Source: Candidatus Eiseniibacteriota bacterium
GTDB taxonomy: Bacteria > Eisenbacteria > RBG-16-71-46 > CAVPCR01
Direction: 5' to 3'
Length of the DNA: 64,000 bases
NCBI GenBank assembly: GCA_963823555.1
Contig: CAWGMA010000001.1
Coordinates: 1,088,001-1,152,000, forward strand
Below are positions 9,965 through 19,934 of the stretch, piece by piece. Under the pieces are notes generated by a model, which saw only the letters and a program-made list of their open reading frames with translations, was not told where the DNA came from and made no database searches. The position numbers were made by a program, and so were the translations under genes. Every line of letters begins with the position of its first letter. The stretch's first letter is position 1.

Positions 9965-11169
9965 CCGTTTCCCCGCGCATGCAGGTCGTCGTCTTCTCCG
10001 AGGTCAAGTGGCGTTACATGCGCACGCGAAAGCGCTTCCTCCTGGCGCGCTTTCCCGCCGACTGGCCGATTCTCTTCCTCGAGCCCATGAACCGCACCGA
10101 CCCGAACCATCTCAAGCCGGTGCGCGAAGGCCGGGTGACCGTGGTCTCGCTTCCCGTCCTCAAGGCCAAGACGACGTTCACGGTGGTGAATGCTCTGCTC
10201 GGTCGCGTCGCGGTGCGCGCCGCGATCACGCGCGGCGTGGCGTGGTGGGTACAGCGAATCCTCGCGACCCGCACCGAGCCGGGGCTGCCGCGGCTCTTCT
10301 ATCTCTCGAACGTGCTCTTCACGCCGATCGCCGAGCGGCTCCCCCACGACCTCTTCCTCTACGATGCCAACGACGACCCCCTGGGGTTCCCGGGGACCCC
10401 CGGTTGGATGGAGTCCTATCTCGACCGCACGATCGACCGGGCGGACCTTGTGGTATCGTGCTCGACCGCGCTGGCCTCACGGCTCCGGGCCCGCGGGGCG
10501 CGCGACGTGCGCGTCATCGGAAACGGAGCGGAGGTCGAGCATTTTGCGGCCGCGGTCGATCCCGAGCGGGTGCCGCCGGCGGTGCGTTCCCTGCCGCGGC
10601 CGCGGATCGGATATGCAGGAGCGATTGCCGAGTGGTTCGACTTCGAGCTGATCGGGGATGTGGCGCGAGCCCATCCCGCGACCCCGATCCTCCTCGTCGG
10701 TCCGGTGGCCGCCCCGGTGGCCGCGGCGGCGGCGGATCTCGCGCGCCGTTACCCCAATGTGCGCTTCCTGGGTCGGGTGCCCTACGAGGATCTGCCCCAC
10801 ATGGTCGCCGCGTTCGACATCGCGCTCATCCCCTTCCGGGTCGGTCCGGCCACCGACGTCTTGAATCCCAACAAGCTCTACGAATACCTGGCCGCGGGCC
10901 GCACGGTGGTGAGCCTCGCCTACTCGCCGGACATGGAGGCGTTCGCGCCGTGGATCGAGCTCGCTCACGACCGGCGCGAGTTCGTGACCCTGGTAGGGAA
11001 GGCGCTGGCCGCTCCGCGCGATGCCGCAGGGCTCCGGGCCGTGGCCTTCGAGAACAGCTGGGATGCCCGCGCGCGCGAGCTGCTCGCGCTGGTGGACTCG
11101 GCGCGCACGGATGCGAGCCGGGTCGAGCCGCCCAAGACAGGGGAGGATGGCGTGCATGACGAGCGCTAG
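9961..11169 (+). CDS. GT4 glycosyltransferase (TuaH-like)
   Basis: ATGA overlap; IGNGAEVEHF, RIGYAGAIAEWFD, FLGRVPY, NPNKLYEYLAAGRTVV. Confidence 0.85.
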   Translation: MTVSPRMQVVVFSEVKWRYMRTRKRFLLARFPADWPILFLEPMNRTDPNHLKPVREGRVTVVSLPVLKAKTTFTVVNALLGRVAVRAAITRGVAWWVQRILATRTEPGLPRLFYLSNVLFTPIAERLPHDLFLYDANDDPLGFPGTPGWMESYLDRTIDRADLVVSCSTALASRLRARGARDVRVIGNGAEVEHFAAAVDPERVPPAVRSLPRPRIGYAGAIAEWFDFELIGDVARAHPATPILLVGPVAAPVAAAAADLARRYPNVRFLGRVPYEDLPHMVAAFDIALIPFRVGPATDVLNPNKLYEYLAAGRTVVSLAYSPDMEAFAPWIELAHDRREFVTLVGKALAAPRDAAGLRAVAFENSWDARARELLALVDSARTDASRVEPPKTGEDGVHDER

Positions 11170-13699
11170 GGATTCGAGGAAGCGAGCGGCTCCCGCCGCT
11201 TCCCGCCGGGGCCAGGCCGCGGGCCGGAGTTCCGAGAGCACCCGGGGTGGGGTACCCACGGAGACCGCGAGTGGTTTCGCCGCCGTTCCCGGGTGGGTAT
11301 GGGCGGTCGCGATCGTGCTCGTCGTCATTGTCTACTTCTATCCGCTGATATTCATGGGGCAGGTCTTCTCATCGCCGGATGCGCAGGCCCCGCAGGGCTT
11401 CGCCGTGTATGCCGCCGAGTGGCGGGCACGCACCGGGGAATACCCACTGTGGAACCCGTTCATGTTCTGCGGCCTGCCCTCCTACGCGGCGCTCGCTTAC
11501 AACCCGGACGTCTACTTTCCGGACTGGATCTTCGCCCTCCTCGGCGGGCTCGCGCCGCCCATGCTGTGGCTCATCGTCTACTACATGATCGGGGCGCTCG
11601 CGCTCTACGCGCTCCTCGGGGATCACGGCGCGGCCCGGGCCCCGGCTGCTCTGGGCGGACTCCTGTTCGCGCTCGCGCCGAACCTGATCGCGGTCGGTGC
11701 CCACGGCCATGGCAGCCAGCTCGTCAACTCGGGGTTGATCCCGGTGGCGCTTCTCGCGCTCCATCGCTTTCTGGCTCGAGGCCGCGCCACGTGGCTCTCG
11801 CTCCTGGCCCTCACTCTCGGCGCCCAGGTCCTGCGCGGCCATGTGCAGATCGCTTACTACACATGGCTCGCGATCGCGATCTATCTCGTCTACTACCTCC
11901 TCGATCGGCGTCGCGGCGGCACGACGTTCGTGGTGGCACCGCGCCGGGGTCTTGGCGGTGTGGGCGCAGCCCTCGCTCTCGGCGCTCTTCTGGGGGCCGT
12001 CCTGGCGCTGCCGGTGGCGGCGTATGCCCCCCATTCGATCCGCGGCGGTGGGGCGACGGGCGGCGTCAGTTTCGACTACGCCACGGGATGGTCGCTCGGG
12101 CTCGGTGAGCTGTGGACCATGATCGTGCCCTCGGCGCTCGGCTTCGGCGGTGAGACCTACTGGGGGACGATGCCCTTCACCGACTATCCGAACGCCTACA
12201 TCGGCATCATCACCCTCTTCTTCGGTGCCATGGTCTTCCTGATCCCGGCCGGCCGCCGCCGACAGCCCGGATGGAGCCCGGCCGTGTTCTATCTGGCACT
12301 GGCCGCGCTCGGTCTTCTCATCGCTCTCGGCAAGAACTTCTTCCTCTATGATCTCCTCTATCGCTTCCTCCCATACTGGAAGAAGTTCCGCGTGCCGGTG
12401 ATGATCCTCGTGCTCACGCATCTCGCCCTGGCCGGTCTGTTCGCCCTGGGGCTGACCCGGCTCTTGCGCCTCGCGGTGGAAGGCGGCCCCGGCGCGTCGC
12501 GCCTGGCTCGCCTCATGGGATGGAAGACGGCGGCGATGGTCGCCGTCTTCGTCCTGGTGATCCTCCTCGGCGGCTCCTTCCGCGACAGGTACAGCGATGC
12601 TTTTCGCCAGAGTCCGCGGATCGCCGCGCAGCTGGCCCGCGCTCCAGACGTGGCCCGTCAGCTCGGGAGCCGCGCGGCCGGACGCGCGCACAAGGACCTC
12701 CTCGTGAACGTGGGACTCGTCGCCGCGGCAGGCGCCCTGGGGGCGATGCTCCTCAGCCGCCGCCTCCGCCCAGAGCTCTTCGTGGGAGGGGTGGCCATCC
12801 TCCTGGCTCTCGACGTGGTGCCCATCGGATACGAGATCATGCGACCCTTGATCACGTCTCCCTCCGACCTCGTGAAACCCACGGCGCCGGACGACGTCGT
12901 CGAGTTCCTGCGCGCGAAGGAAGGCCCGTTCCGCATCTACCCGCTGGAGGAGTTCCGCTCGAATCGTTTCGCCACCTTCGGCATCGCTTCGGTGGGGGGG
13001 TACCATGCCGCCAAGCCGCGGGCGTACCAGGAGTTCATGGATGCGTTCGGCATCGAGACGTTCGAGCTCTTCAGCCACCCCGATCGCTACCGATTGCTCG
13101 ACCTCCTCAATGTCCGCTACCTCGTGACCGCGGCCGAGGCCGGGGACAACCCGCGCTTCCGGAAGGTCCACGATGGGCCGATGAAGATCTACGAGAACCT
13201 CACCGTCGGCCCACGGGCCTTCACCGTGGGGGAGGCCGAAGTGGTCCCGACAGCGGCCGCCGCGCTGGCCCGGCTCGGCGACCCAGAATTCGATCTTTCA
13301 CGCCGCGCCGTGGTGGCCACCGCGGTCGGGCCGCTCGGCGGTCCGGATGCCGTGGGCCGGGCGACGGTGAAGGAGTTCGAGCTCAACCGCGTGGTGGTCG
13401 AGGTCACTGCCGAGGCACCGGTCCTCCTCGTCCTTGCCGATGTGTTCGATCCCGGCTGGCAGGCGCAGGTGGACGGCGCCCGGAGCCCTGTGATCCAGAC
13501 CGACCATATCTTCCGTGGCGTCCGTGTCGATAGTGGAGCACATGAGGTCGAGTTCCACTATGTGGCTCCGGGGTTGCGCCTCGGGTTCCTGCTCTCGCTG
13601 GTGTCTGGAGCCGGGATCCTCCTGATGGCGGCGATATCCCTCATCCACGGACGCCGGGGATCCCGGATGTCACACCAGGGTGGTGAAGTATCGGGATGA
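11156..13699 (+). CDS. YfhO-family GT-C membrane protein
   Basis: PLWNPFMFCGLP, GHVQIAYY, YWGTMPFTDYPNAYIG, KFRVP, SVGGYHAAK, LLDLLNVRY, C-terminal PGWQAQVDG....TDHIFRGV..GAHEVEFHY plus TM; GGAGG RBS. Confidence 0.85.
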   Translation: MTSARDSRKRAAPAASRRGQAAGRSSESTRGGVPTETASGFAAVPGWVWAVAIVLVVIVYFYPLIFMGQVFSSPDAQAPQGFAVYAAEWRARTGEYPLWNPFMFCGLPSYAALAYNPDVYFPDWIFALLGGLAPPMLWLIVYYMIGALALYALLGDHGAARAPAALGGLLFALAPNLIAVGAHGHGSQLVNSGLIPVALLALHRFLARGRATWLSLLALTLGAQVLRGHVQIAYYTWLAIAIYLVYYLLDRRRGGTTFVVAPRRGLGGVGAALALGALLGAVLALPVAAYAPHSIRGGGATGGVSFDYATGWSLGLGELWTMIVPSALGFGGETYWGTMPFTDYPNAYIGIITLFFGAMVFLIPAGRRRQPGWSPAVFYLALAALGLLIALGKNFFLYDLLYRFLPYWKKFRVPVMILVLTHLALAGLFALGLTRLLRLAVEGGPGASRLARLMGWKTAAMVAVFVLVILLGGSFRDRYSDAFRQSPRIAAQLARAPDVARQLGSRAAGRAHKDLLVNVGLVAAAGALGAMLLSRRLRPELFVGGVAILLALDVVPIGYEIMRPLITSPSDLVKPTAPDDVVEFLRAKEGPFRIYPLEEFRSNRFATFGIASVGGYHAAKPRAYQEFMDAFGIETFELFSHPDRYRLLDLLNVRYLVTAAEAGDNPRFRKVHDGPMKIYENLTVGPRAFTVGEAEVVPTAAAALARLGDPEFDLSRRAVVATAVGPLGGPDAVGRATVKEFELNRVVVEVTAEAPVLLVLADVFDPGWQAQVDGARSPVIQTDHIFRGVRVDSGAHEVEFHYVAPGLRLGFLLSLVSGAGILLMAAISLIHGRRGSRMSHQGGEVSG

Positions 13700-14409
13700 A
13701 AGCGCTCATCGTCATTCCCACCTACAACGAGCGGGACAACCTGGGTGAGATCGTGCCCCGGGTCCTGGCTGTCGACTCGCGCTTCGAGGTGCTGATCGTC
13801 GACGACGGCTCGCCGGACGGCACCGGCGCCATTGCCGATGATCTGGCGGCCAGGATCCCGCGCGTGCATGTGATCCACCGGCCGGGAAAGCTCGGCCTGG
13901 GATCGGCCTACCGCATGGGCTTCCGTTTCGCGCTCGAGCGTGACTACGATCTCGTCTTCGAGATGGACGCCGATTTCTCGCACGATCCGGCGAGCCTGCC
14001 GGCGTTCCTCCGCGCCATCGAGGACGCGGATCTCGTCATCGGTTCCCGCTACCTGAACGGCGTCACCGTCGTCAACTGGCCGATCGGGCGGCTGCTCCTG
14101 TCCTACGCCGCCAACCGCTACACGCGCATCATCACCGGTCTTCCGCTCTGCGACTCGACGACCGGCTTCAAGTGTTTCCGCCGCGAGGTCCTCGCCGCCA
14201 TCGATCTCGATCGCGTGCGTTCCGAGGGGTATTCGTTCCAGATCGAGATGAACTTCAAGGCATGGAAGAAGGGATTCCGCATCCGCGAGATTCCCATCGT
14301 CTTCTCCGATCGTCGGGTCGGCATCTCCAAGATGTCGAAGCGAATCGTCCGCGAGGCGGCGACCATGGTCTGGCGTCTCCGATTCCAGGACCTCTTGGGC
14401 CGGCTATGA
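13696..14409 (+). CDS. Polyprenol-monophosphomannose synthase (Ppm1/DPM1-like GT2)
   Basis: IIPTYNERDN, VDDGSPDGTG, GKLGLGSAY, EMDADFSHDP, IGSRY, GYSFQIEM, SKMSKRIVREA. Confidence 0.9.
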   Translation: MKALIVIPTYNERDNLGEIVPRVLAVDSRFEVLIVDDGSPDGTGAIADDLAARIPRVHVIHRPGKLGLGSAYRMGFRFALERDYDLVFEMDADFSHDPASLPAFLRAIEDADLVIGSRYLNGVTVVNWPIGRLLLSYAANRYTRIITGLPLCDSTTGFKCFRREVLAAIDLDRVRSEGYSFQIEMNFKAWKKGFRIREIPIVFSDRRVGISKMSKRIVREAATMVWRLRFQDLLGRL

Positions 14410-14428
14410 GCGCGCGCGAGGGCCGGCC

Positions 14429-16072
14429 ATGAGCACGCAAGAGACGGCAGCGGAATCGGCTCGCCCCGATGCGAGATGGCCGTCGCTCGCTGTCGTCATC
14501 GTCGCCTATGAAACGCCGGACCTCCTGCGGAAATGCCTCGATTCGTTGCGCGCCGCCGGTGTCCTGGGGCGTGATCCGGTGGTGGTGGTCGATAACTCGG
14601 CCGGCGAGGGGTCGGCCGACGTCGCTCGCCAGACACCCGGCGTGACGCTCATTCCCAATCCGAAGAACGTGGGCTTCGCCCGGGCGGTGAACCAGGGGAT
14701 CGCGGCCACCGAGAGCGACTTTGTCCTCGTGCTCAATCCCGACATCGAAGTCGAGCCCGGGGCCATCGATCGGCTCCTCTCGGCCATGGCGGAGGAGCCC
14801 ACGGCCGGCCTGGCCGGGGCCAAGCTCCTCAATCCCGATCGCACCCTCCAGCATTCCTGCCGTCGCTTCTACACGCCGGCGACCATGATCCTGCGCCGCA
14901 CCTTCCTCGGCCGGCTCTTTCCCCGGCACCGTGTCCTGCGCGAGCACCTGATGCTCGACTGGGACCACATGACCCGGCGCGACGTCGACTGGCTCATCGG
15001 CGCTTGCCTCCTCATCCGCCGTGAGGCCGTGCTCGATGTGGGCCCCATGGACGAGCGGTTCTTCCTCTACTTCGAGGACGTGGACTGGTGCGCGCGCATG
15101 CACAACCGGGGCTGGAAGGTGCTCTACGTGCCCGATGCGGTGATGGTGCATCATCACCGCCGCGAATCGGCCAAGAGCGGACTCTTGCACCCGAGTCGCC
15201 GCATGCATCTCGAGAGCGTGCTCCGCTTCTACGAGAAGTGGAGTCTCCTGCTCTATGTCATCAAGCGAAATCGTGATCGGTGGCGTGGCCTGATCCTGGC
15301 CCTGAGCGACTTCATCGCGCTGAACGCGGCGTTCCTGCTTGCCTTCGGCGTGCGCAAACTGCTGGCAGGGTATTTCACCAAGCCGTTGTTCGCCGTCGCC
15401 GACTACTGGCAGTTCCTCCTGGTCTTCAATCTGGCGACGTTCATCGCGCTCCGCCGCCAGGGCCTCTACCGACCTGGTCGCCCCGTGGCGCCGCTCGAGG
15501 TGACGAAACGAATCGCGAAGTCGGTCGTCCTGTCGGCGCTCGCGGTCCTGGTCTCGACCTTCTTTCTCTACATCCAGGCCTATTCCCGCTTCGTGGTCAT
15601 GCTCACCGTCCCCCTGGCGATCGCGGCCATCAGCGGGGCGCGGCTCGTGATCGATCGTATCCGCGATCGGCTCGCGGCCGAGGGCCTGGCTGCTCGTCGC
15701 GTGCTCCTCATCGGCGATCGCGAGCTCGCGGCGTGGATGGCGGAGCGGCTCCTGGCCGAGCGCCAGCCACGGGTCGAGATCGTGGGGCCGCTCGCGGCCG
15801 CAGCGAACCTCCTCGCCGAGCGTGGTCATGTGCTGGAGCGGATGCGGGAGATCTGCCACCGCGAACGCGTCCACGAGGTGATCGTGGCCGACCGCGATGG
15901 GCGCTTCACCGCCCTGGCGCGCGAGCTGGGGCCGCTGGGGCGGGATGGCGTGAGGGTCCAGCTCCTCGGCCCCTGGGCCTGCGAGATCGCCGGATGGCGG
16001 ATCGAGGAGACAGCCGGAGTGGACCTGCTCGTACCGCCCTCGGTCGGACCGAGCGCGGAGCGGGTGGAGTAG
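14429..16072 (+). CDS. GT2 fused to a WcaJ/WbaP-type N-terminal membrane plus Rossmann-like region, without the phosphoglycosyltransferase domain
   Basis: GT2 motifs VDNS, NVGFARAVNQG, LNPD, DERFFLYFEDVDWC; then 4 TM helices (LSDFIALNAAFLLAF..R, GLYR, YSRFVV), RRVLLIG, VHEVIVA, ending at IEETAGVDLL. Confidence 0.78.
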   Translation: MSTQETAAESARPDARWPSLAVVIVAYETPDLLRKCLDSLRAAGVLGRDPVVVVDNSAGEGSADVARQTPGVTLIPNPKNVGFARAVNQGIAATESDFVLVLNPDIEVEPGAIDRLLSAMAEEPTAGLAGAKLLNPDRTLQHSCRRFYTPATMILRRTFLGRLFPRHRVLREHLMLDWDHMTRRDVDWLIGACLLIRREAVLDVGPMDERFFLYFEDVDWCARMHNRGWKVLYVPDAVMVHHHRRESAKSGLLHPSRRMHLESVLRFYEKWSLLLYVIKRNRDRWRGLILALSDFIALNAAFLLAFGVRKLLAGYFTKPLFAVADYWQFLLVFNLATFIALRRQGLYRPGRPVAPLEVTKRIAKSVVLSALAVLVSTFFLYIQAYSRFVVMLTVPLAIAAISGARLVIDRIRDRLAAEGLAARRVLLIGDRELAAWMAERLLAERQPRVEIVGPLAAAANLLAERGHVLERMREICHRERVHEVIVADRDGRFTALARELGPLGRDGVRVQLLGPWACEIAGWRIEETAGVDLLVPPSVGPSAERVE

Positions 16073-16125
16073 GGGCGACCGCCGCCCCCCCCGGGCGCGC
16101 CGCTCTCGCGCCCTTGCCGGCCGCG

Positions 16126-16134
16126 TGCTAATCT
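16126..16134 (+). promoter_or_regulatory. Candidate extended -10 (TGcTAATCT) upstream of the PorZ-like gene
   Basis: TGn-TAnnnT pattern in a 170-nt intergenic gap. Confidence 0.35.
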
Positions 16135-16242
16135 CCCGCCAACACGTCGTTTCTGCGGTGGATGGCGGGGGCGGTTGAGCCTGACCCTGCGCCTGGCCGC
16201 AAGAACCCCTATTGGCCTCGTCGCCCCGCCCCTGGGAGTTCG

Positions 16243-18522
16243 ATGCACAGACGACCCGCCTTCGGCCCGTCCTGTCCCCCCGCGCTTCTGATCGGCCTCT
16301 TGCTCCTGGTCTCGGCACCTCCCTCCAGAGCGGCCGTCGGGGAGTGGTCGACCTTCATCGACGGCACGGTTCAACACGGCATCGCCGCCGGGAACGATCC
16401 AGCCCGCGTGTGGGTCGCCTCGACCGGTGGCGCCACGGCCTTCTCACCCGCCGACTCGTCCTACGGGCGACTCTTTCGCAATGATGGGCTCCCGTCCAAC
16501 GACCTGACGGCGGTGGCGGTCGATGCCGGTGAACGGCGCTGGTTCGGTTCGCGCAGCGATGGACTGCAAGTCGCGCCGAAGGACGGCGGATTCCTGAGTC
16601 GGCCTCTCGATCAATTCGACCTGGGATCCGATTCGGTGCGCGTCCTCCTGGCCGCGGACGATCAGGTGTGGGTGGGGACAGCGACCGGGGCCGCGCTCGT
16701 CGCGTATCCAGCGGATCCTTCCGATCCCGGGAGCGCCGTCGTCTCGACGATCAATCTCGAGGCCATTCTCGGTCGCTCGCCGCTCGTCAACGGCATCGCC
16801 GTCCAAGGGGACACGACGTGGTTCGGCACGGGGCGTGGCGTCGTCCGGCGCGAGCCCGACGGATCGCGCTCGGTCGTGAACGAGGGGCTCACCGACCCCG
16901 ATGTGCGCTCCCTGATCCGCGCCGCGGGGTATCTCTGGGCCGGAACCGCGACCAGCATCTTCCGCCTCGAGGATGGGCGCTGGGTGGAGCGTGCGAGCGG
17001 GCTCACCACCGGCCGGCCCTATGTCTGCTTCGCGGTGCACGCCGGGGCGCTCCACGCCGGAGCGTCGGTCCTGGGGGACAATCCGACCGTCTATCGCTTC
17101 GACGGTGCGGCCTGGATACCCAGCACGAACGGCATCGCGAGCCGGAGCGTGAGCGGCCTCGCCGATCTCGGAGGCGAGCTGTGGGCGACCACCGATCGCG
17201 GCCTGTACCGGCTCGGTCTGAACGGCGTCTGGCGCCGCTTGCCGTCGCCCGATCCGCCGGGCCCGGGCCTTCTTGCCTTCAACAGCGACTATCGTGACGT
17301 GGCCGTGATCCCGGGCACCCCTCGTGCTCGTGCGGTGACCCGGACGTTCCTCACGGAGCTCACGCTCGAGGATGACCGAGGGCCCCATTTCCTCGCCGTG
17401 CCCCGTGGCCAGCAGGGCATCGAGGCTCGTGATTTCGCCACCCTTCATGTCGACCGGAACGACGACATCTGGCTCGGACACTGCTGCTGCGGCACGCTCG
17501 CCAACTGCCGCGGCGAACGCCTGCCCGATCTTGCCGGCACCGCGGAGCCGTTTGCGACCTGGGACGTGTTCGACATTGCTGAAGCCCCTGATGGGAGCAT
17601 CTGGTTCGCCAGCGTGCGGAATGGACCGAGCCAGGGCCAGGGTATCTACCGCATCGATCCCGCGAGCGGCGCCATCGATCATTTCACCGAGGCCGACGGG
17701 CTGGCTTCCGGTTCGGTGCAGGCCATCGCCTTCGACGGCCAGGATCAGATGTGGATCGGGACCACCGACAATTTCGTTGATGTGTGGCGTAACCCCGGCC
17801 GCCGGCCGGCGAACATCGCGCATCTCACGACGGCTGACGGTCTTCCCTCGAGCCGCATCACGGCGCTTGCGGCCAGCGGCGGCGAGATGTGGGTGGGTAC
17901 GGTGAGCGGGATCGCGGTGTTTGCGGGAACCACCCTCGTGCGCACGATCTCGGGAGGTGCGCTGCCCGATCCACTGGTGACGGCCCTTGCTGCCGACGGT
18001 TGCCAGCGAGTCTGGGTGGGAACGCCCGAGGGAGCCGCGGAGCTTGGCCGCGAGGGACAGGTGCTCTCGGTGGTGAGCGCCACGACTCGCCCGGGCCTCT
18101 CGGCTTCGCAAGTCAACGCGATCGCTGTCGATCGCGATGCCGCATCGATCTGGTTTGCCACCCAGGGGGGCCTCGATCGGCTGGTCTATGACAAGGGCTG
18201 TTCAAGTGGTGGGGGTGGCGGGGGCGATGAGGCGCGCGGCTGCACACGACTCTGCCCCTATCCGAATCCGTTCCGTCCCGGAGGCGGGGCGGGCCTGTCG
18301 CTCGCCGAGACGGGAGGCGTGGGCGAAGTGCGCGTCACCGTTCTCGATGCCGTGGGTCATGAGATCGCCACGCGCTTGGCGCCGGCCTCGGGCAGCGTCT
18401 GGGATGGCATGGACGATTCCGGCCATCCGGTGCCGTCGGGCGTCTATCTTCTCCGCATCCTCCCGACCGATGCCACCTGCAACTGCGCCCCCGACTTCCG
18501 CCGCGTGGCCGTGCAACGATGA
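16243..18522 (+). CDS. Secreted beta-propeller (two-component-regulator propeller repeats) with T9SS-like/FlgD-Ig CTD; PorZ-like
   Basis: Signal peptide then AVGEWSTF; repeated GLPSNDLTAVAVD..WFG, GLASGSVQAIAFD..WIGT, GLPSSRITAL..WVGT; tail PYPNPFRP..VTVLDAVGHEI..WDGMDDSGHPVPSGVYLLRI. Confidence 0.8.
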   Translation: MHRRPAFGPSCPPALLIGLLLLVSAPPSRAAVGEWSTFIDGTVQHGIAAGNDPARVWVASTGGATAFSPADSSYGRLFRNDGLPSNDLTAVAVDAGERRWFGSRSDGLQVAPKDGGFLSRPLDQFDLGSDSVRVLLAADDQVWVGTATGAALVAYPADPSDPGSAVVSTINLEAILGRSPLVNGIAVQGDTTWFGTGRGVVRREPDGSRSVVNEGLTDPDVRSLIRAAGYLWAGTATSIFRLEDGRWVERASGLTTGRPYVCFAVHAGALHAGASVLGDNPTVYRFDGAAWIPSTNGIASRSVSGLADLGGELWATTDRGLYRLGLNGVWRRLPSPDPPGPGLLAFNSDYRDVAVIPGTPRARAVTRTFLTELTLEDDRGPHFLAVPRGQQGIEARDFATLHVDRNDDIWLGHCCCGTLANCRGERLPDLAGTAEPFATWDVFDIAEAPDGSIWFASVRNGPSQGQGIYRIDPASGAIDHFTEADGLASGSVQAIAFDGQDQMWIGTTDNFVDVWRNPGRRPANIAHLTTADGLPSSRITALAASGGEMWVGTVSGIAVFAGTTLVRTISGGALPDPLVTALAADGCQRVWVGTPEGAAELGREGQVLSVVSATTRPGLSASQVNAIAVDRDAASIWFATQGGLDRLVYDKGCSSGGGGGGDEARGCTRLCPYPNPFRPGGGAGLSLAETGGVGEVRVTVLDAVGHEIATRLAPASGSVWDGMDDSGHPVPSGVYLLRILPTDATCNCAPDFRRVAVQR

Positions 18523-19910
18523 GTGGATTCGGAGGAACGACGTGGTCCGGCCCGGCATCGACCGCGACGGTGGGCCGCTTTCAATTACGCGGCCGCTCCG
18601 TTGTTCTCCTGCTCGTCCTGGAGGCGGTGCTGACCGTTGGTCTGATCCTGGCCGGCGGCGAGGTCGGAGCGGCGGTGGCTCTTCTCATCGCCGGCGGCGC
18701 CTTGATCACGACCCTCCTGTTCGTGCTTCCCGAGTCCGAGCGCGAGCCCCTGCTCGCCATCTTCGGCCTGGGTCTCATGCTGCGCGTCACGGTGCTCATC
18801 GTGATGGAGGCGATTCTCAGATCGCCGGCCAATCCCTACGGGTTCTTGTTCCCTGATTCGTTCGGCTATGATCGCGTGGGTTTGAATATCGCGGACCACT
18901 GGCGAGCCGGGAGGCCGGCCCGCATCGAGTACCAGACCGCCGGATTCACCATCGGTTATCACTACTTCGTGGCGTTGCTCTACGCGGTCGTGGGACATCT
19001 GCCCTTGTTCGTGAAGGCCGTGAACGTCCTTCTCTCCGCCTCCCTGGTACCGCTCACGTTCCTCCTCGGCCGGCGCCTCGCAGGGAAGAGGGTGGGGCTC
19101 ACCGCCGCCATGTTCATGGCCGTGTGGCCGCCCATTCTCTTCTGGTCCGCGCAGATGTTGAAGGACGCGCTCATCGCCTTCCTCCTGCTCTCCGCTGTCC
19201 TGGGGTGGGTGGGATTCGTCAGGCGCCCCCGTCTCGTGGCGTTGGTCATGGCCGTGCTGCCGGCGATTCCCCTCCTCTTCCTGCGGACCTACATGTTCCT
19301 CTTCTGGGCCATCAGTCTGGCTGCCGGGTTCTTCGTGTGGGCCCGGGAGCGGGGCCAGAAGCTGGTGGCCATGGTCCTGGCCCTGGCCGTGGCCGCCGGT
19401 GGTATCTGGGGCGCCCTCCAGTACTCCGCCCTTCGTTTCGGCGACCTGGATGTCTGGGTCTCCAAGATCTCGGCGGTCGGCACCATGGAGGGTTCGGTCT
19501 TCTCGGGCGTGTTCTACCGCTCGATAGGCGACCTTCTGGCCTTCTATCCTCTGGGATTCATCCGCTTCTTGCTCACCCCTCTACCCTGGAAGGCCGATCC
19601 TCTATACTGGCCCGAGGCAGTGGGCTCGGTCCTGCGCTACATCCTGTTGCCTTTCGCCCCGTTCGGGCTTCTCTATCTGTTGCGAAAAGAGCGATCCGCC
19701 GTCTTTCCCATCCTGGTGATCGGCTTTCTCGCTGTCTCCATCTATGCCACCGCGTTCCGCGGCGGCGGTCCGCGCCATATGACCCAGCTCTATCCCTATC
19801 TCTTCGTGGCCGCCGCAGCGGGATTCGGACGTTTCCCCAGCTGGCCCCTCCCGGTGGCGGTGGGGTGGATCGCTTTCCTCGGTGCTGTGGCCGCACTCGG
19901 CCTGGCCTAG
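18519..19910 (+). CDS. GT-C fold membrane protein (PMT_2-like; candidate Wzy polymerase or ligase)
   Basis: Many TM helices, PDSFGYD in the first loop, WSAQMLKD, late R-x-M motif (PRHM); sits in a Wzx locus. Confidence 0.65.
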   Translation: MSGFGGTTWSGPASTATVGRFQLRGRSVVLLLVLEAVLTVGLILAGGEVGAAVALLIAGGALITTLLFVLPESEREPLLAIFGLGLMLRVTVLIVMEAILRSPANPYGFLFPDSFGYDRVGLNIADHWRAGRPARIEYQTAGFTIGYHYFVALLYAVVGHLPLFVKAVNVLLSASLVPLTFLLGRRLAGKRVGLTAAMFMAVWPPILFWSAQMLKDALIAFLLLSAVLGWVGFVRRPRLVALVMAVLPAIPLLFLRTYMFLFWAISLAAGFFVWARERGQKLVAMVLALAVAAGGIWGALQYSALRFGDLDVWVSKISAVGTMEGSVFSGVFYRSIGDLLAFYPLGFIRFLLTPLPWKADPLYWPEAVGSVLRYILLPFAPFGLLYLLRKERSAVFPILVIGFLAVSIYATAFRGGGPRHMTQLYPYLFVAAAAGFGRFPSWPLPVAVGWIAFLGAVAALGLA

Positions 19911-19934
19911 AGAGGGAGGAGCGAGAGTTCTGTC

